This document shows positions 18,830-27,326 of a stretch of 64,000 nt of DNA, in pieces. The stretch spans positions 576,100 through 640,099 of the forward strand of contig CAVRDW010000005.1 in NCBI GenBank assembly GCA_963719995.1, given 5' to 3'. A model generated the notes under the pieces. That model saw nothing but the letters and a program-made list of their open reading frames with translations, did not search any database and was not told the origin of the DNA. The position numbers and the translations under genes were made by a program. Each line of letters begins with the position of its first letter. The stretch's first letter is position 1. Origin of the DNA: an uncultured beta proteobacterium (lineage in GTDB: Bacteria > Pseudomonadota > Gammaproteobacteria > Burkholderiales > SG8-39).

Positions 18830-19336
18830 TCAGGGCGTGCCGATGTAGTCGCGCTTGCCGAGCTCCACGCCGTTGTGCCGCAGGATGTTGTAGGCGGTGA
18901 CGACGTGGAAGTAGAAGTTGGGCAGCGCGGAGCCGAGCAGGTACTGCATCCCCTGGAAGGTCACTTCGCGCGAGCCGAGCTTGAGCACGATGGCCTTCTC
19001 CTCGCTGCCGTCCACCTGCGTCGGCGTGATCGTGCCGATGAACGCCACCGTCTTCGCAACGCGCGCCTTCAGCTCGGGCAGCGTCTTCTCGACGTCCTCG
19101 TGCTTGGGAATCTCGACGCCGGCGAGGCGCGCCACCGCCCCCTTGGCGTGGTCGCAGGCGATGGTGACCTGGCGCGTGAAAGGCAGCATGTCGGGAAACA
19201 GCCGCGATGAACACAGCACCAGCGGTTCGATCTTCTTCGCCTCGCAGTGCGCCTGCGCCTTGTCGAGGATGGCGGCGAGATTGTTGAGCGTGTTCACGAA
19301 GCGCGGCGCGCTCGCCTGGTACATCGAGAGGGTCAT
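18830..19336 (-). CDS. DUF1993 domain-containing protein
   Basis: 168 aa. MTLSMYQASAPRFVNTLNNLAAILDKA...LPNFYFHVVTAYNILRHNGVELGKRDYIG is the pattern I recognise as DUF1993. Confidence 0.75.
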   Translation of the reverse strand: MTLSMYQASAPRFVNTLNNLAAILDKAQAHCEAKKIEPLVLCSSRLFPDMLPFTRQVTIACDHAKGAVARLAGVEIPKHEDVEKTLPELKARVAKTVAFIGTITPTQVDGSEEKAIVLKLGSREVTFQGMQYLLGSALPNFYFHVVTAYNILRHNGVELGKRDYIGTP

Positions 19337-19422
19337 CGTCGGGTCAGTTCAGTCGTATCCATGGCGCCGATTGTGACATAGTGGTTCGCTGCCCGGCCGG
19401 TGCGCGGCCATAATCGCCCGCC

Positions 19423-20244
19423 ATGAAATCCCTCTACGATCCCGCCGCCGCCCTCGCCTTCTTCCGCTCGGCCGGCAAGCCGGAAGGCTTTGCCGCGGGC
19501 GCCACCATCTTCCGCGAGAACACGCGGGCGCACGCGATCCTGATGCAACGCGACAAGATGTACTACGTCTACGAGGGCGAGGTGAACCTCGTGCTCAAGA
19601 AGAAGGTCATCGGCAGCGTCGCCAGGGGCGAGGTGTTCGGCGAGCTGGCGCCGCTCACGCACGCGCCGCGCAGCGCTGGCGCCGTGGCGAAGACGCCCTG
19701 CCGCCTGATCGCGCTGGACGACCGCGCATTCGAGGCGGCGATCGTGAAGAAGCCCGCCTTCGCGCTGATGCTGATGAGCGTCATGGTCGAGCGGCTGCGC
19801 CGCACCATCGCAGCGCTGCGCGCCGAGGGCCAGCTCTCGGTCACGGGGGCCTGGAAGGAAGCCAAGGTGTTCGACCGGCGGCAGCTCGCGGACCTCGTGC
19901 AGGGACTCGCCAACGATCCGACGCTGTACTTCGACCGCGGCGCCCAGATCGTCAAGGAAGGCGCCACCGGCGTGCGCATGTACGCCGTGCTCGAAGGCCG
20001 CGTCGCGGTGACCATCGAGGGCAGCATGGTGGAACGCATCGGCCCGGGCGGCGTGTTCGGCGAAGCCGCCCTGGTGGACCAGTCCACGCGCCTGGCGAGC
20101 GTGCAGGCGGAGACCGACTGCAAGCTGCAGCCGATCGGCCGCAACGCTTTCCTTGCGCTCGTCAAGGTGAGCCCGGCCTTTGCGCAGCGCATGCTCGCCA
20201 GCCTCGCCGAGCGCCTGCGGCTGCTGACGGCGCGGCTCAAGTAG
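19423..20244 (+). CDS. protein with two tandem cyclic-nucleotide-binding domains and no recognisable output domain
   Basis: Two repeats of the cNMP-binding pattern: VFGELAPLTHAPRSAGAVA and VFGEAALVDQSTRLASVQA; 273 aa. Confidence 0.8.
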   Translation: MKSLYDPAAALAFFRSAGKPEGFAAGATIFRENTRAHAILMQRDKMYYVYEGEVNLVLKKKVIGSVARGEVFGELAPLTHAPRSAGAVAKTPCRLIALDDRAFEAAIVKKPAFALMLMSVMVERLRRTIAALRAEGQLSVTGAWKEAKVFDRRQLADLVQGLANDPTLYFDRGAQIVKEGATGVRMYAVLEGRVAVTIEGSMVERIGPGGVFGEAALVDQSTRLASVQAETDCKLQPIGRNAFLALVKVSPAFAQRMLASLAERLRLLTARLK

Positions 20245-20371
20245 CCGCCACCGCGGACGCCTGCCGGGCACCTCCTTCGCCTTCGCTCGGAACGCGGCGC
20301 CTTTCCTGCCGGCGCCGAGCGCACGTGGCCGCGGTAGCATAGGCGGGGCCGATCGCACCCCGAGGACCGCC

Positions 20372-20656
20372 ATGAGCGCACCGACCAAACCCGCCGCCGA
20401 CACTTCGCACGACCCCATCCAGGAACTCGCGGAGAAGCTCTACGTGGCGATCTGCGCGCGCATCTACAGTGGCGGGGGCGAGAAGCCCCAGCCCAAGGCC
20501 GTGGCGCAGATCGCCTTCAAGCTCGCGGAAACCTTCCAGGTGGCCAACTACGAGTTCAACCCGACCGCCATCGCCGCGCGCGAGGCCAAGGCCAAGGCGA
20601 CCGTGAACCTCGACAACGTGCAGATCGATTTCGGCACGCCCGGCAAGGCGAAATAG
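20372..20656 (+). CDS. hypothetical small protein (94 aa)
   Basis: The ORF has high GC3, sits 6 nt upstream of the PPK2 gene on the same strand, and has no recognisable motif. Confidence 0.5.
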   Translation: MSAPTKPAADTSHDPIQELAEKLYVAICARIYSGGGEKPQPKAVAQIAFKLAETFQVANYEFNPTAIAAREAKAKATVNLDNVQIDFGTPGKAK

Positions 20657-20662
20657 CGCCGC

Positions 20663-21532
20663 ATGAAGAACGTTGCCGACCGCTACCGCGTGCGGCCCGG
20701 CGAGCGCCTGCGCCTGAAGGACCGGCCGACACGCGTCAAGCCGTACTACGACTCGAAGGACGACTCCGAGGCGCGCCTCGCGCACCATGTCGAGCAGCTC
20801 GCCGAGCTGCAGAACCTGCTGTACGCGGATGACCGCTACGCCCTGCTCCTCGTCTTCCAGGCGATGGACGCGGCCGGCAAGGACAGCTGCATCAAGCACG
20901 TCATGTCCGGCGTCAACCCGCAGGGCTGCCAGGTATACAGCTTCAAGCACCCCAGCGCCGAGGAGCTGGACCACGACTTCCTCTGGCGCACGCAGCGCGC
21001 GCTGCCCGAGCGCGGCCGCATCGGCATCTTCAACCGCTCCTACTACGAGGAAGTGCTGGTGGTGCGCGTGCACCCGGAGATCCTGCGCGCGCAAAAGGTG
21101 CCGCGCGAGCTGGTGGACGAGGACGATATCTGGGAGGAGCGCTACCGTTCCATCGCGCAGATGGAGGCGCACCTGCACCGCAACGGCACGCGCATCGTGA
21201 AGTTCTTCCTGCACGTGTCCAAGGACGAGCAGCGCGAGCGGTTCCTCGCGCGCATCGACGAGCCGGAGAAGAACTGGAAGTTCAGCAGCCAGGACGTCGA
21301 GGAGCGCAAGTACTGGAAGGACTACATGCGCGCCTACGAAGACTGCCTCGCCGCCACCAGCACCAAGCGCTCGCCCTGGTACGTGGTGCCCGCCGACGAC
21401 AAGGCGAATGCGCGCCTCATCGTCTCGCGCATCGTCGTCGAGACGCTGAAGGGCCTCGACATGGCCTATCCGCGGCCCGATCCCGCGCGGCGCAAGGAGC
21501 TGCTCGCGCTGCGCCGCCTGCTGGCGAAGTAG
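20663..21532 (+). CDS. ppk2: polyphosphate kinase 2 family protein (polyphosphate:nucleotide phosphotransferase)
   Basis: [15 protein letters not shown] (Walker A-like), [34 protein letters not shown] and [14 protein letters not shown]; 289 aa. Confidence 0.9.
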   Translation: MKNVADRYRVRPGERLRLKDRPTRVKPYYDSKDDSEARLAHHVEQLAELQNLLYADDRYALLLVFQAMDAAGKDSCIKHVMSGVNPQGCQVYSFKHPSAEELDHDFLWRTQRALPERGRIGIFNRSYYEEVLVVRVHPEILRAQKVPRELVDEDDIWEERYRSIAQMEAHLHRNGTRIVKFFLHVSKDEQRERFLARIDEPEKNWKFSSQDVEERKYWKDYMRAYEDCLAATSTKRSPWYVVPADDKANARLIVSRIVVETLKGLDMAYPRPDPARRKELLALRRLLAK

Positions 21533-21546
21533 CGCCCGCAGGCTCC

Positions 21547-22431
21547 CTAGAAGCAGGAAAACGTCACCGGCACGCCTTCGCCGTCGACGGGGCTGTGGCC
21601 GAAGCCGATCTGGCCGCTGCCGCGCAGCATCAGCTCCTCGCGCCGCAGCACCACCACCTCGGCCTCGCCGGTGAACCGCACCCAGGTGCCATTGGAGCTG
21701 TGGTCGACGAGCACGAACTTGTCGCGCCGCCGCTCCACGCGCGCATGCAGGCGCGAGGCCTTGCGGTCGCCCACCACGACGTCGCAGGCGCCGTCGCGCC
21801 CGAGGGTGAGTTCGCCGGGCCCCTCGAAGCGCCAGCTGCGGCCCTCGTAGGCCAGGGCGAGGCTCGCGGCGCGGCTGTGATCGAGCCGGGTGCTGAGCGC
21901 GGTGAGATCGTCGCTGTCCTGCCAGAGGAATTCGTAGATCATGACCGCGTGGCGCTTGCCCTTCACCGGCACGCCGTCCAGCTTGCGCGCCCGCTCGGCC
22001 AGCGCGGGCGAGAGCCGGGCCACGGTGTCCGCCGTGGTGATGATCTGCCCGTTCTTGGCGAGGCCCGCGACGCGGGCCGCCAGGTTCACGGTGTCGCCGA
22101 ACAGGTCCCCGGCATTCTCCAGCACGGACCCGAAGTGGCAGCCGATGTGGATGCCGAGAGCTGGCGCGTCCGGCTCGAGCTGCTCGGCGGTCTTCTCCTG
22201 CATCAGGCGCGAGGCGCGCAGCGCGGCATCCGCCGTCTCGAACATGCACATCGCGCCGTCGCCCGCGGTCTTGATCACCCGGCCGCCGCACTCGGCGCAC
22301 ACCCGCGAGAGCATCGTCATCGTGCGGCCCACGCGCGCCAGGGCCTCATCGTCGCCGAGGGTCTCGTAGAGGCGTGTGCTGCCGCTGATGTCGACGAACA
22401 GGACGGCGCAGTTCGCGTGACTGGGTGACAT
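21547..22431 (-). CDS. class III adenylate/guanylate cyclase fused to a C-terminal FHA domain
   Basis: Cyclase motifs: VLFVDISGSTRL, KTAGDGAMCMF and GDTVNLAARV. The FHA pattern is LTLGRDGACDVVVGDRKASRLHARVERRRDKFVLVDHSSNGTWV. Confidence 0.9.
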   Translation of the reverse strand: MSPSHANCAVLFVDISGSTRLYETLGDDEALARVGRTMTMLSRVCAECGGRVIKTAGDGAMCMFETADAALRASRLMQEKTAEQLEPDAPALGIHIGCHFGSVLENAGDLFGDTVNLAARVAGLAKNGQIITTADTVARLSPALAERARKLDGVPVKGKRHAVMIYEFLWQDSDDLTALSTRLDHSRAASLALAYEGRSWRFEGPGELTLGRDGACDVVVGDRKASRLHARVERRRDKFVLVDHSSNGTWVRFTGEAEVVVLRREELMLRGSGQIGFGHSPVDGEGVPVTFSCF

Positions 22432-22512
22432 AAGTAACCGGGCCTTGGGTGGCCGCCCCGCAGTCTAAGGGAAACCGCGGCCGTGAATGCCCTGTCGCAG
22501 GCGCGTGCTCGA

Positions 22513-22542
22513 TTGACAGCGTTTCCTCGCGACGCCTAGTAT
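22513..22542 (+). promoter_or_regulatory. sigma70-like promoter candidate for the FecR-like/DUF3365-HAMP/STK operon
   Basis: A perfect TTGACA (22513..22518), an 18-nt spacer and TAGTAT (22537..22542), about 85 nt upstream of the 22627 ATG. Confidence 0.4.
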
Positions 22543-22626
22543 CCAAGCGCTCGAAGCCCTTGATCTTGCGGGGCGCTCGGGCACTGGGCGGTGCCGCCGG
22601 ACTGGGGGAAGGGGAACCGCGTGCGA

Positions 22627-23517
22627 ATGGTGCAACAGGGGCGCTGGGCGCTGGCGCTGCTCGCCTGGCCGTGGGCCGCCGCCGCGGCGGACCCGATGGT
22701 GACCGTCACTCTGCTCGAGGGGCCCACGACGCTCGTTCGCGGCGTGCTGCGCTACGCGCTCGCCGAGGGCGTGCGCCTGCAGCCCGGCGACATCCTCGAG
22801 GTGAGCGACAAGGGCCTCGCAGAGCTGGAGTTCACCGATGGCGTCGCCCTGGCCCTGGGCCCGAAGACCCGCGTGCTGGCGCTGTCGGTGCCCCGCGGCA
22901 AGCCGGCGCCGGGCGATTTCTATGTGACGCAGGGTGCGCTCAAGCTCGCCGGCGTGAAGCAGGGCGCGCGCCTGCGCGTCGCGACGCCCTTGCTCACGCT
23001 GCAAGCCGCGGAAGGCACCGTGGTGATGGCGCTCGGCGGCGCGGACGCATCGGTCTTCGTGGAGGCTGGCGAAGCGCGCGTGGCCGGGTCGGGCGCCGCG
23101 GGCACGGCGCCGGTGCGCCTCAAGAGCGGTGACTTTTATACTGGCGACGACAAGAAGGGCAGCGTGGCCGCGCGCCCCTCGTCGGCATTCATCGACGCGC
23201 TGCCCAAGGCGTTCCTCGACCCGCTGCCCTCGCGCATCGCGCGCTACGGCGACCGCCAGGTGCAGCCGCGGCGGCTGGAGCCCGTCAAGTACGCGGAGGT
23301 CGAGACCTGGCTCAAGGCGCCGCCCGAGATCCGCCGGCGCATGCCCGCGCGCTTCCAGTCGCGCGCGGCCGACCCGGCGTTCCGCGCCGCCCTGATCGAG
23401 AACCTCAAGTTCCATCCGGAGTGGGATCCGATCCTGTTTCCGGAGAAGTACCTGCCGAAGGAAACCGAAGCCGCGCCCGGCACTGCCGCGCCGCCACGGC
23501 CGGCGGACAAGCGCTGA
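22627..23517 (+). CDS. secreted FecR-like domain protein
   Basis: Met 13 of ORF 22591..23517 follows a GGGGAAGGGGAA purine tract. The signal is MVQQGRWALALLAWPWAAAAA. The FecR-like segment is LLEGPTTLVRG...GVRLQPGDILEVSDKGLAELEFTDGVALALGPKTRV. Confidence 0.65.
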   Translation: MVQQGRWALALLAWPWAAAAADPMVTVTLLEGPTTLVRGVLRYALAEGVRLQPGDILEVSDKGLAELEFTDGVALALGPKTRVLALSVPRGKPAPGDFYVTQGALKLAGVKQGARLRVATPLLTLQAAEGTVVMALGGADASVFVEAGEARVAGSGAAGTAPVRLKSGDFYTGDDKKGSVAARPSSAFIDALPKAFLDPLPSRIARYGDRQVQPRRLEPVKYAEVETWLKAPPEIRRRMPARFQSRAADPAFRAALIENLKFHPEWDPILFPEKYLPKETEAAPGTAAPPRPADKR

Positions 23518-23539
23518 CGGCAACGTAAGGAGCCTCGCC

Positions 23540-24415
23540 ATGAGACTGGTCGTCAAGTTCAACTTGGTGTTCCTGTTCGTGTTCCTCATCGGCCTCGCCG
23601 CGGCGGGCTACGTCTCCGACCAGCTGCTGCAGAAGAACGCGCGCGACGAGATCGTGCTCAACGCGCGCCTGGTCATGGAGTCGGCGCTCGCCACCCGCGC
23701 CTACACCTCGACGCAGGTGGGGCCGCTGCTGCAGACGCAGATGAAATACAAGTTCCTGCCGCAGTCGGTGCCCGCCTACTCCGCGACCGAGGTCTTCAAC
23801 GGCCTGCGCAAGTCATTTCCCGATTACGCCTACAAGGAAGCCACGCTCAACCCCACCAACCCGAGCAACCGCGCCAACGACTGGGAGGCCGACATCGTCC
23901 ACCAGTTCCGCAACGCCGCCGACAAGCCTGAGGTGGTGGGCGAGCGCGACACCCCGAACGGCAGGTCGTTCTTCATCGCCCGGCCGATCCAGATCAAGCA
24001 GGAGTCCTGCCTGTATTGCCACTCGACGGTCGACGCGGCGCCCAAGACGCTGGTGGAGCGCTACGGGCCGGCCAACGGCTTCGGCTGGAAGCTGAACGAG
24101 GTGATCGGCGCGCAGATCGTCTCCGTGCCGACCGAAGTGCCGATCGCGCGCGCCAACGCGGCGTTCAAGACCTTCATGGTGTCGCTCACCGTGGTGTTCG
24201 GCTTCATCTTCGTCGCGCTCAACCTGATGCTGTGGTTCATGGTCATCCGCCCGGTCACGCGGCTGTCGAAGTTCGCCGACGCGGTGAGCCAGGGCGAGAA
24301 CCTGGATGCGTCCGACTTCCCGGTCGCCAGCCGGGACGAGATCGGCGTGCTCACGCAGTCCTTCAACCGCATGAAGAAGAGCCTGGTGCAGGCGATGAAG
24401 ATGCTCGAGGGCTGA
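23540..24415 (+). CDS. DUF3365 (haem c-binding, CxxCH) periplasmic sensor domain - TM - HAMP protein with no output domain
   Basis: N-terminal TM helix, periplasmic domain with CLYCH, second TM (FMVSLTVVFGFIFVALNLMLWFMVI) and a HAMP segment (RPVTRLSKFADAVSQG...EIGVLTQSFNRMKKSL). The protein ends 10 aa later. Confidence 0.75.
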   Translation: MRLVVKFNLVFLFVFLIGLAAAGYVSDQLLQKNARDEIVLNARLVMESALATRAYTSTQVGPLLQTQMKYKFLPQSVPAYSATEVFNGLRKSFPDYAYKEATLNPTNPSNRANDWEADIVHQFRNAADKPEVVGERDTPNGRSFFIARPIQIKQESCLYCHSTVDAAPKTLVERYGPANGFGWKLNEVIGAQIVSVPTEVPIARANAAFKTFMVSLTVVFGFIFVALNLMLWFMVIRPVTRLSKFADAVSQGENLDASDFPVASRDEIGVLTQSFNRMKKSLVQAMKMLEG

Positions 24416-24430
24416 GGCGCCCCGACCCGG

Positions 24431-25948
24431 ATGACGAAGCGCAAACCGCCCGCAGTTCCCGCGCAGCTCGGCAAGTACACCATCTCGGAGGTCCTCGGCA
24501 AAGGGGCCATGGGGGTCGTCTACAAGGGTTTCGATCCCCACATCCGGCGCACCGTCGCACTCAAGACCATCCGCAAGGACCTGGTGGACGACGAGCAGGA
24601 GGCGACGCTCCTCGCCCGCTTCCACAACGAGGCCCAGGCCGCCGGCCGGCTGTCGCATCCGGGCATCGTCGGCGTGTACGAGTGGGGCGAGGAAGGCGAC
24701 GTCGCCTTTCTCGCCATGGAGTACGTCGAAGGCAACAGCCTGCGCGAGTACTTCGTGCGCGGCACGCGCTTCGACGGGCGGGACATGGTGAGCGTCATGG
24801 TGCAGGTGCTCGACGCCCTGCAGCACGCGCACGAGCAGGGGGTGTGGCACCGCGACATCAAGCCGGCCAACATCATCGTGATGAAGAACGGCAAGCTGAA
24901 GATCGCGGATTTCGGCATCGCGCGCATCGACTCCTCCAACCTCACGCAGATCGGCGCGATCATGGGCACCCCCGGCTACATGTCGCCCGAGCAGTACAGC
25001 GGGGCGAGCGTGGACTGGCGCGCCGACCTCTTTTCGGCGGGCGTCGTCATGTACCAGTTGCTGACGGGCGAGCGCCCGTTTACCGGCAGCGCCGAGTCCA
25101 TCGCCTACAAGGTCTGCCACGAGAAGCCCCGGCTGCCCTCCGAAGTGGTTCCCGCGCGCTGCAGCGAGCAGTTCGACGCGGTGGTGATGGCGGCGCTCGC
25201 CAAGAAGCCGGAGGACCGCTTCCAGGATGCGCGCGCGTTCCGCGACGCGGTGCTCGACGCGCACGCGGCCCCGGCGAACCCGACGCTGTCGGAGGAGACG
25301 ATCCTCAACGTGCCGGTGCGCTCAACGGCCCAGCTCGAGCCTTCGCTGCCCTCGCAGCCGTCGCGGCCCTCGCAGCCTCCACAGGCTTCGCAGCCATCAC
25401 AGCCGTCGCAGCCGTCGCAGCCGTCCCAATCGTCGCAGCCCCCGGGCTCCACGCCCGGCTCGCAGGCGCCCGCCGCGAAGACCGTGCCGCCCGCCGGCTG
25501 GGAGGCCGCGCCGCTCAAGCAGATCGAGCAGCAGCTGGCGCGCTACGTCGGCCCGGTCGCCAGGGTCCTGGTGCGCCGCGGCGCCAGTCAGACGACGGAT
25601 GTCGACCAGCTGTACCGCATGCTCGCGGAGAACCTGGCGAACCCCGATGAGCGCACGGCGTTTCTCGCCGGGCGGAAACCATCCGCCGCTGCGGGGGATC
25701 CAGGCGAAGCAGGCGCAACCGCAGGGGCGCGTGCGCCCGCGACCGGCCTCGCCGGGCAACTGACGCCCGAGGCCGTCGAACAGGCGACCAAGCGGCTCGC
25801 CGCCTATCTCGGCCCCATCGCGAAGGTCGTTGCAAAGAAGGCGGCGACGCAGGCAAGCGGCCGCCGCCACTTCTACCTGCTGCTCGCCGACAACCTCGCC
25901 AGTCCCAACGACCGGGCCCAGTTCCTGCACGACGTCGGCGTCGAATAG
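24431..25948 (+). CDS. Ser/Thr protein kinase with a PSQ-repeat linker and two repeated C-terminal ~60-aa modules
   Basis: GKGAMGVVY, VALK, HRDIKPANIIV and KIADFG. The linker is PSLPSQPSRPSQPPQASQPSQPSQPSQPSQSSQPP. The repeated modules are LKQIEQQLARYVGPVARVLV...LAENLANPDERTAF and VEQATKRLAAYLGPIAKVVA...LADNLASPNDRAQF. Confidence 0.9.
   Translation: MTKRKPPAVPAQLGKYTISEVLGKGAMGVVYKGFDPHIRRTVALKTIRKDLVDDEQEATLLARFHNEAQAAGRLSHPGIVGVYEWGEEGDVAFLAMEYVEGNSLREYFVRGTRFDGRDMVSVMVQVLDALQHAHEQGVWHRDIKPANIIVMKNGKLKIADFGIARIDSSNLTQIGAIMGTPGYMSPEQYSGASVDWRADLFSAGVVMYQLLTGERPFTGSAESIAYKVCHEKPRLPSEVVPARCSEQFDAVVMAALAKKPEDRFQDARAFRDAVLDAHAAPANPTLSEETILNVPVRSTAQLEPSLPSQPSRPSQPPQASQPSQPSQPSQPSQSSQPPGSTPGSQAPAAKTVPPAGWEAAPLKQIEQQLARYVGPVARVLVRRGASQTTDVDQLYRMLAENLANPDERTAFLAGRKPSAAAGDPGEAGATAGARAPATGLAGQLTPEAVEQATKRLAAYLGPIAKVVAKKAATQASGRRHFYLLLADNLASPNDRAQFLHDVGVE
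25341..25443 (+). repeat. imperfect tandem 9-bp (CCGTCGCAG, Pro-Ser-Gln) coding repeat inside the kinase gene
   Basis: About 11 successive CCn-TCG-CAG-like units are visible in the DNA and translate to (PSQ)n. Confidence 0.85.
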
Positions 25949-25978
25949 CCGGCGGCAGCCACCCCTTCGTTTCTCGAC

Positions 25979-27238
25979 ATGAAGCGCGCCTTCCACGGCT
26001 GGAAGATGGTCGCCGCCGGCGGCGGCATCCAGTTCCTGCAGGCGAGCTTGCTGCTGCAGTCCTTCGGCGCCTACGTCGCGGTGCTGCGCGACGCCTTCGG
26101 CTGGTCGAAGACCGAGCTGTCCTTCGCCGCGGCGCTGCACCAGATGGAAGCCGCCGTCATCGGACCGATCCTGGGCTGGATCATCGACCGCTTTGGCGCA
26201 CAGGGCGTGATCCGCATGGGAGTCACCGTGCTCGGCATCGGCTTCATGCTGCTGTCGCAGATCGAGAGCCTGATCGCGTTCTACGGCGCGTTCATCGTCA
26301 TCGCGCTGGGCTCGAGCATGTGCGGCTTCATGCCGCTCAACGTCTCGCTCATCTACTGGTTCGAGAAGAAGCGCGCGCGCGCCCTCTCGACGCTGGGCCT
26401 CGGGCTCGCGCTCGGCGGCATCGCGGTGCCACTGGTCGCCTGGTGCATGACCCAGTACGGCTGGCGCGCGACCGCCTTCGGCTCGGGCGTGCTCATCCTG
26501 CTCGCCGGCCTGCCGCTTTCCTTCGTCATCCGCGGCCGGCCGCACCTCTACGGGGAGTTCGTCGACGGCGAGCCGCTGCCCGCGACGCCGAGCAAGATGC
26601 AGGCGATGCACAAGACAGACGCCACGCGCGACTTCACCGCGCGCGAGGCGCTGCGCACGCCCGCGTTCTGGCTGCTCTCTCTCGGGCACGGCTTCGCCCT
26701 GCTCGTGGTGAGCGCGGTCAACGTGCACGCCATCACGCACCTCAAGGAGGGCCTCGGCTACTCCGTGGAGGCGGCGGCGCTCTACATCATGCTGATGACG
26801 ATCGCGCAGATCGGCGGCATCGCCATCGGCGCGGCCACCGGCGACCGCTTCGACAAGCGCCTGATCTGCGCCGGGTGCATGGTGATGCACATGGCGGGAT
26901 TGCTCTGCCTCACCTACGCGACGAGCGTGACGATGATCGTCGGTTTCGCGCTGCTCCACGGCGTGGCCTGGGGCCTCAGGGGGCCGTTCATGCAGGCGAT
27001 CCGCGCCGACTACTTCGGCGTCAGCGCGATCGCATTGATCCTGGGGCTATCCTTCACGATCGTGGTGCTCGGCCAGATCGGCGGGCCGATGATCGCCGGC
27101 TTCCTTGCGGACGTGACAGGCAACTACCGCAGCGGCTTCACGGTGCTCGCGCTGCTGGCCGGGCTGGGATCGGCGTTCTTCCTGCTGGCGAAGAAGCCGC
27201 CGCGGCCGGCGCTGGCAGCCGGCAACAAGGGGCAGTGA
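25979..27238 (+). CDS. MFS transporter
   Basis: 419 aa with about 12 hydrophobic helices and an MFS-type loop motif (GWIIDRFGAQG). Confidence 0.8.
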   Translation: MKRAFHGWKMVAAGGGIQFLQASLLLQSFGAYVAVLRDAFGWSKTELSFAAALHQMEAAVIGPILGWIIDRFGAQGVIRMGVTVLGIGFMLLSQIESLIAFYGAFIVIALGSSMCGFMPLNVSLIYWFEKKRARALSTLGLGLALGGIAVPLVAWCMTQYGWRATAFGSGVLILLAGLPLSFVIRGRPHLYGEFVDGEPLPATPSKMQAMHKTDATRDFTAREALRTPAFWLLSLGHGFALLVVSAVNVHAITHLKEGLGYSVEAAALYIMLMTIAQIGGIAIGAATGDRFDKRLICAGCMVMHMAGLLCLTYATSVTMIVGFALLHGVAWGLRGPFMQAIRADYFGVSAIALILGLSFTIVVLGQIGGPMIAGFLADVTGNYRSGFTVLALLAGLGSAFFLLAKKPPRPALAAGNKGQ

Positions 27239-27326
27239 CGCCCGGGCTGCGGTTTGTGCGGTGCGTCTTTGCACTGCCGGTCAATCCGTATAAGGTTTGC
27301 GCTCCGCGAATGAGGAGGACTTCAAG

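Noticed and set aside
21538-21550. AGGCTCCCTAG, an 11-nt match to the MITE terminus. It again supplies the TAG stop of a gene (the cyclase-FHA gene), so it could be a solo inverted repeat or an excision footprint.
   Set aside because: Only 11 nt match and nothing resembling the rest of the inverted repeat (TCTGATCTATTCGCG) is adjacent. In a 64-kb GC-rich window this could be chance. It would need genome-wide statistics.
19423-22431. Cyclase plus cNMP-binding protein as a Pycsar-like defence pair, and the patatin at 51925..54033 as a CBASS CapV-like effector.
   Set aside because: The cyclase is FHA-fused and not adjacent or co-oriented with a TM/TIR effector. The cNMP protein has no effector domain. 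The patatin has no neighbouring CD-NTase or cyclase. The surrounding genes are housekeeping signalling genes, and there are no other defence-island hallmarks.
25341-25443. A short tandem repeat region that could be mistaken for a CRISPR-like or VNTR locus.
   Set aside because: The 9-bp units are contiguous with no spacers, in frame inside a kinase gene, and encode a PSQ linker. No CRISPR repeats or cas genes occur anywhere in the window.
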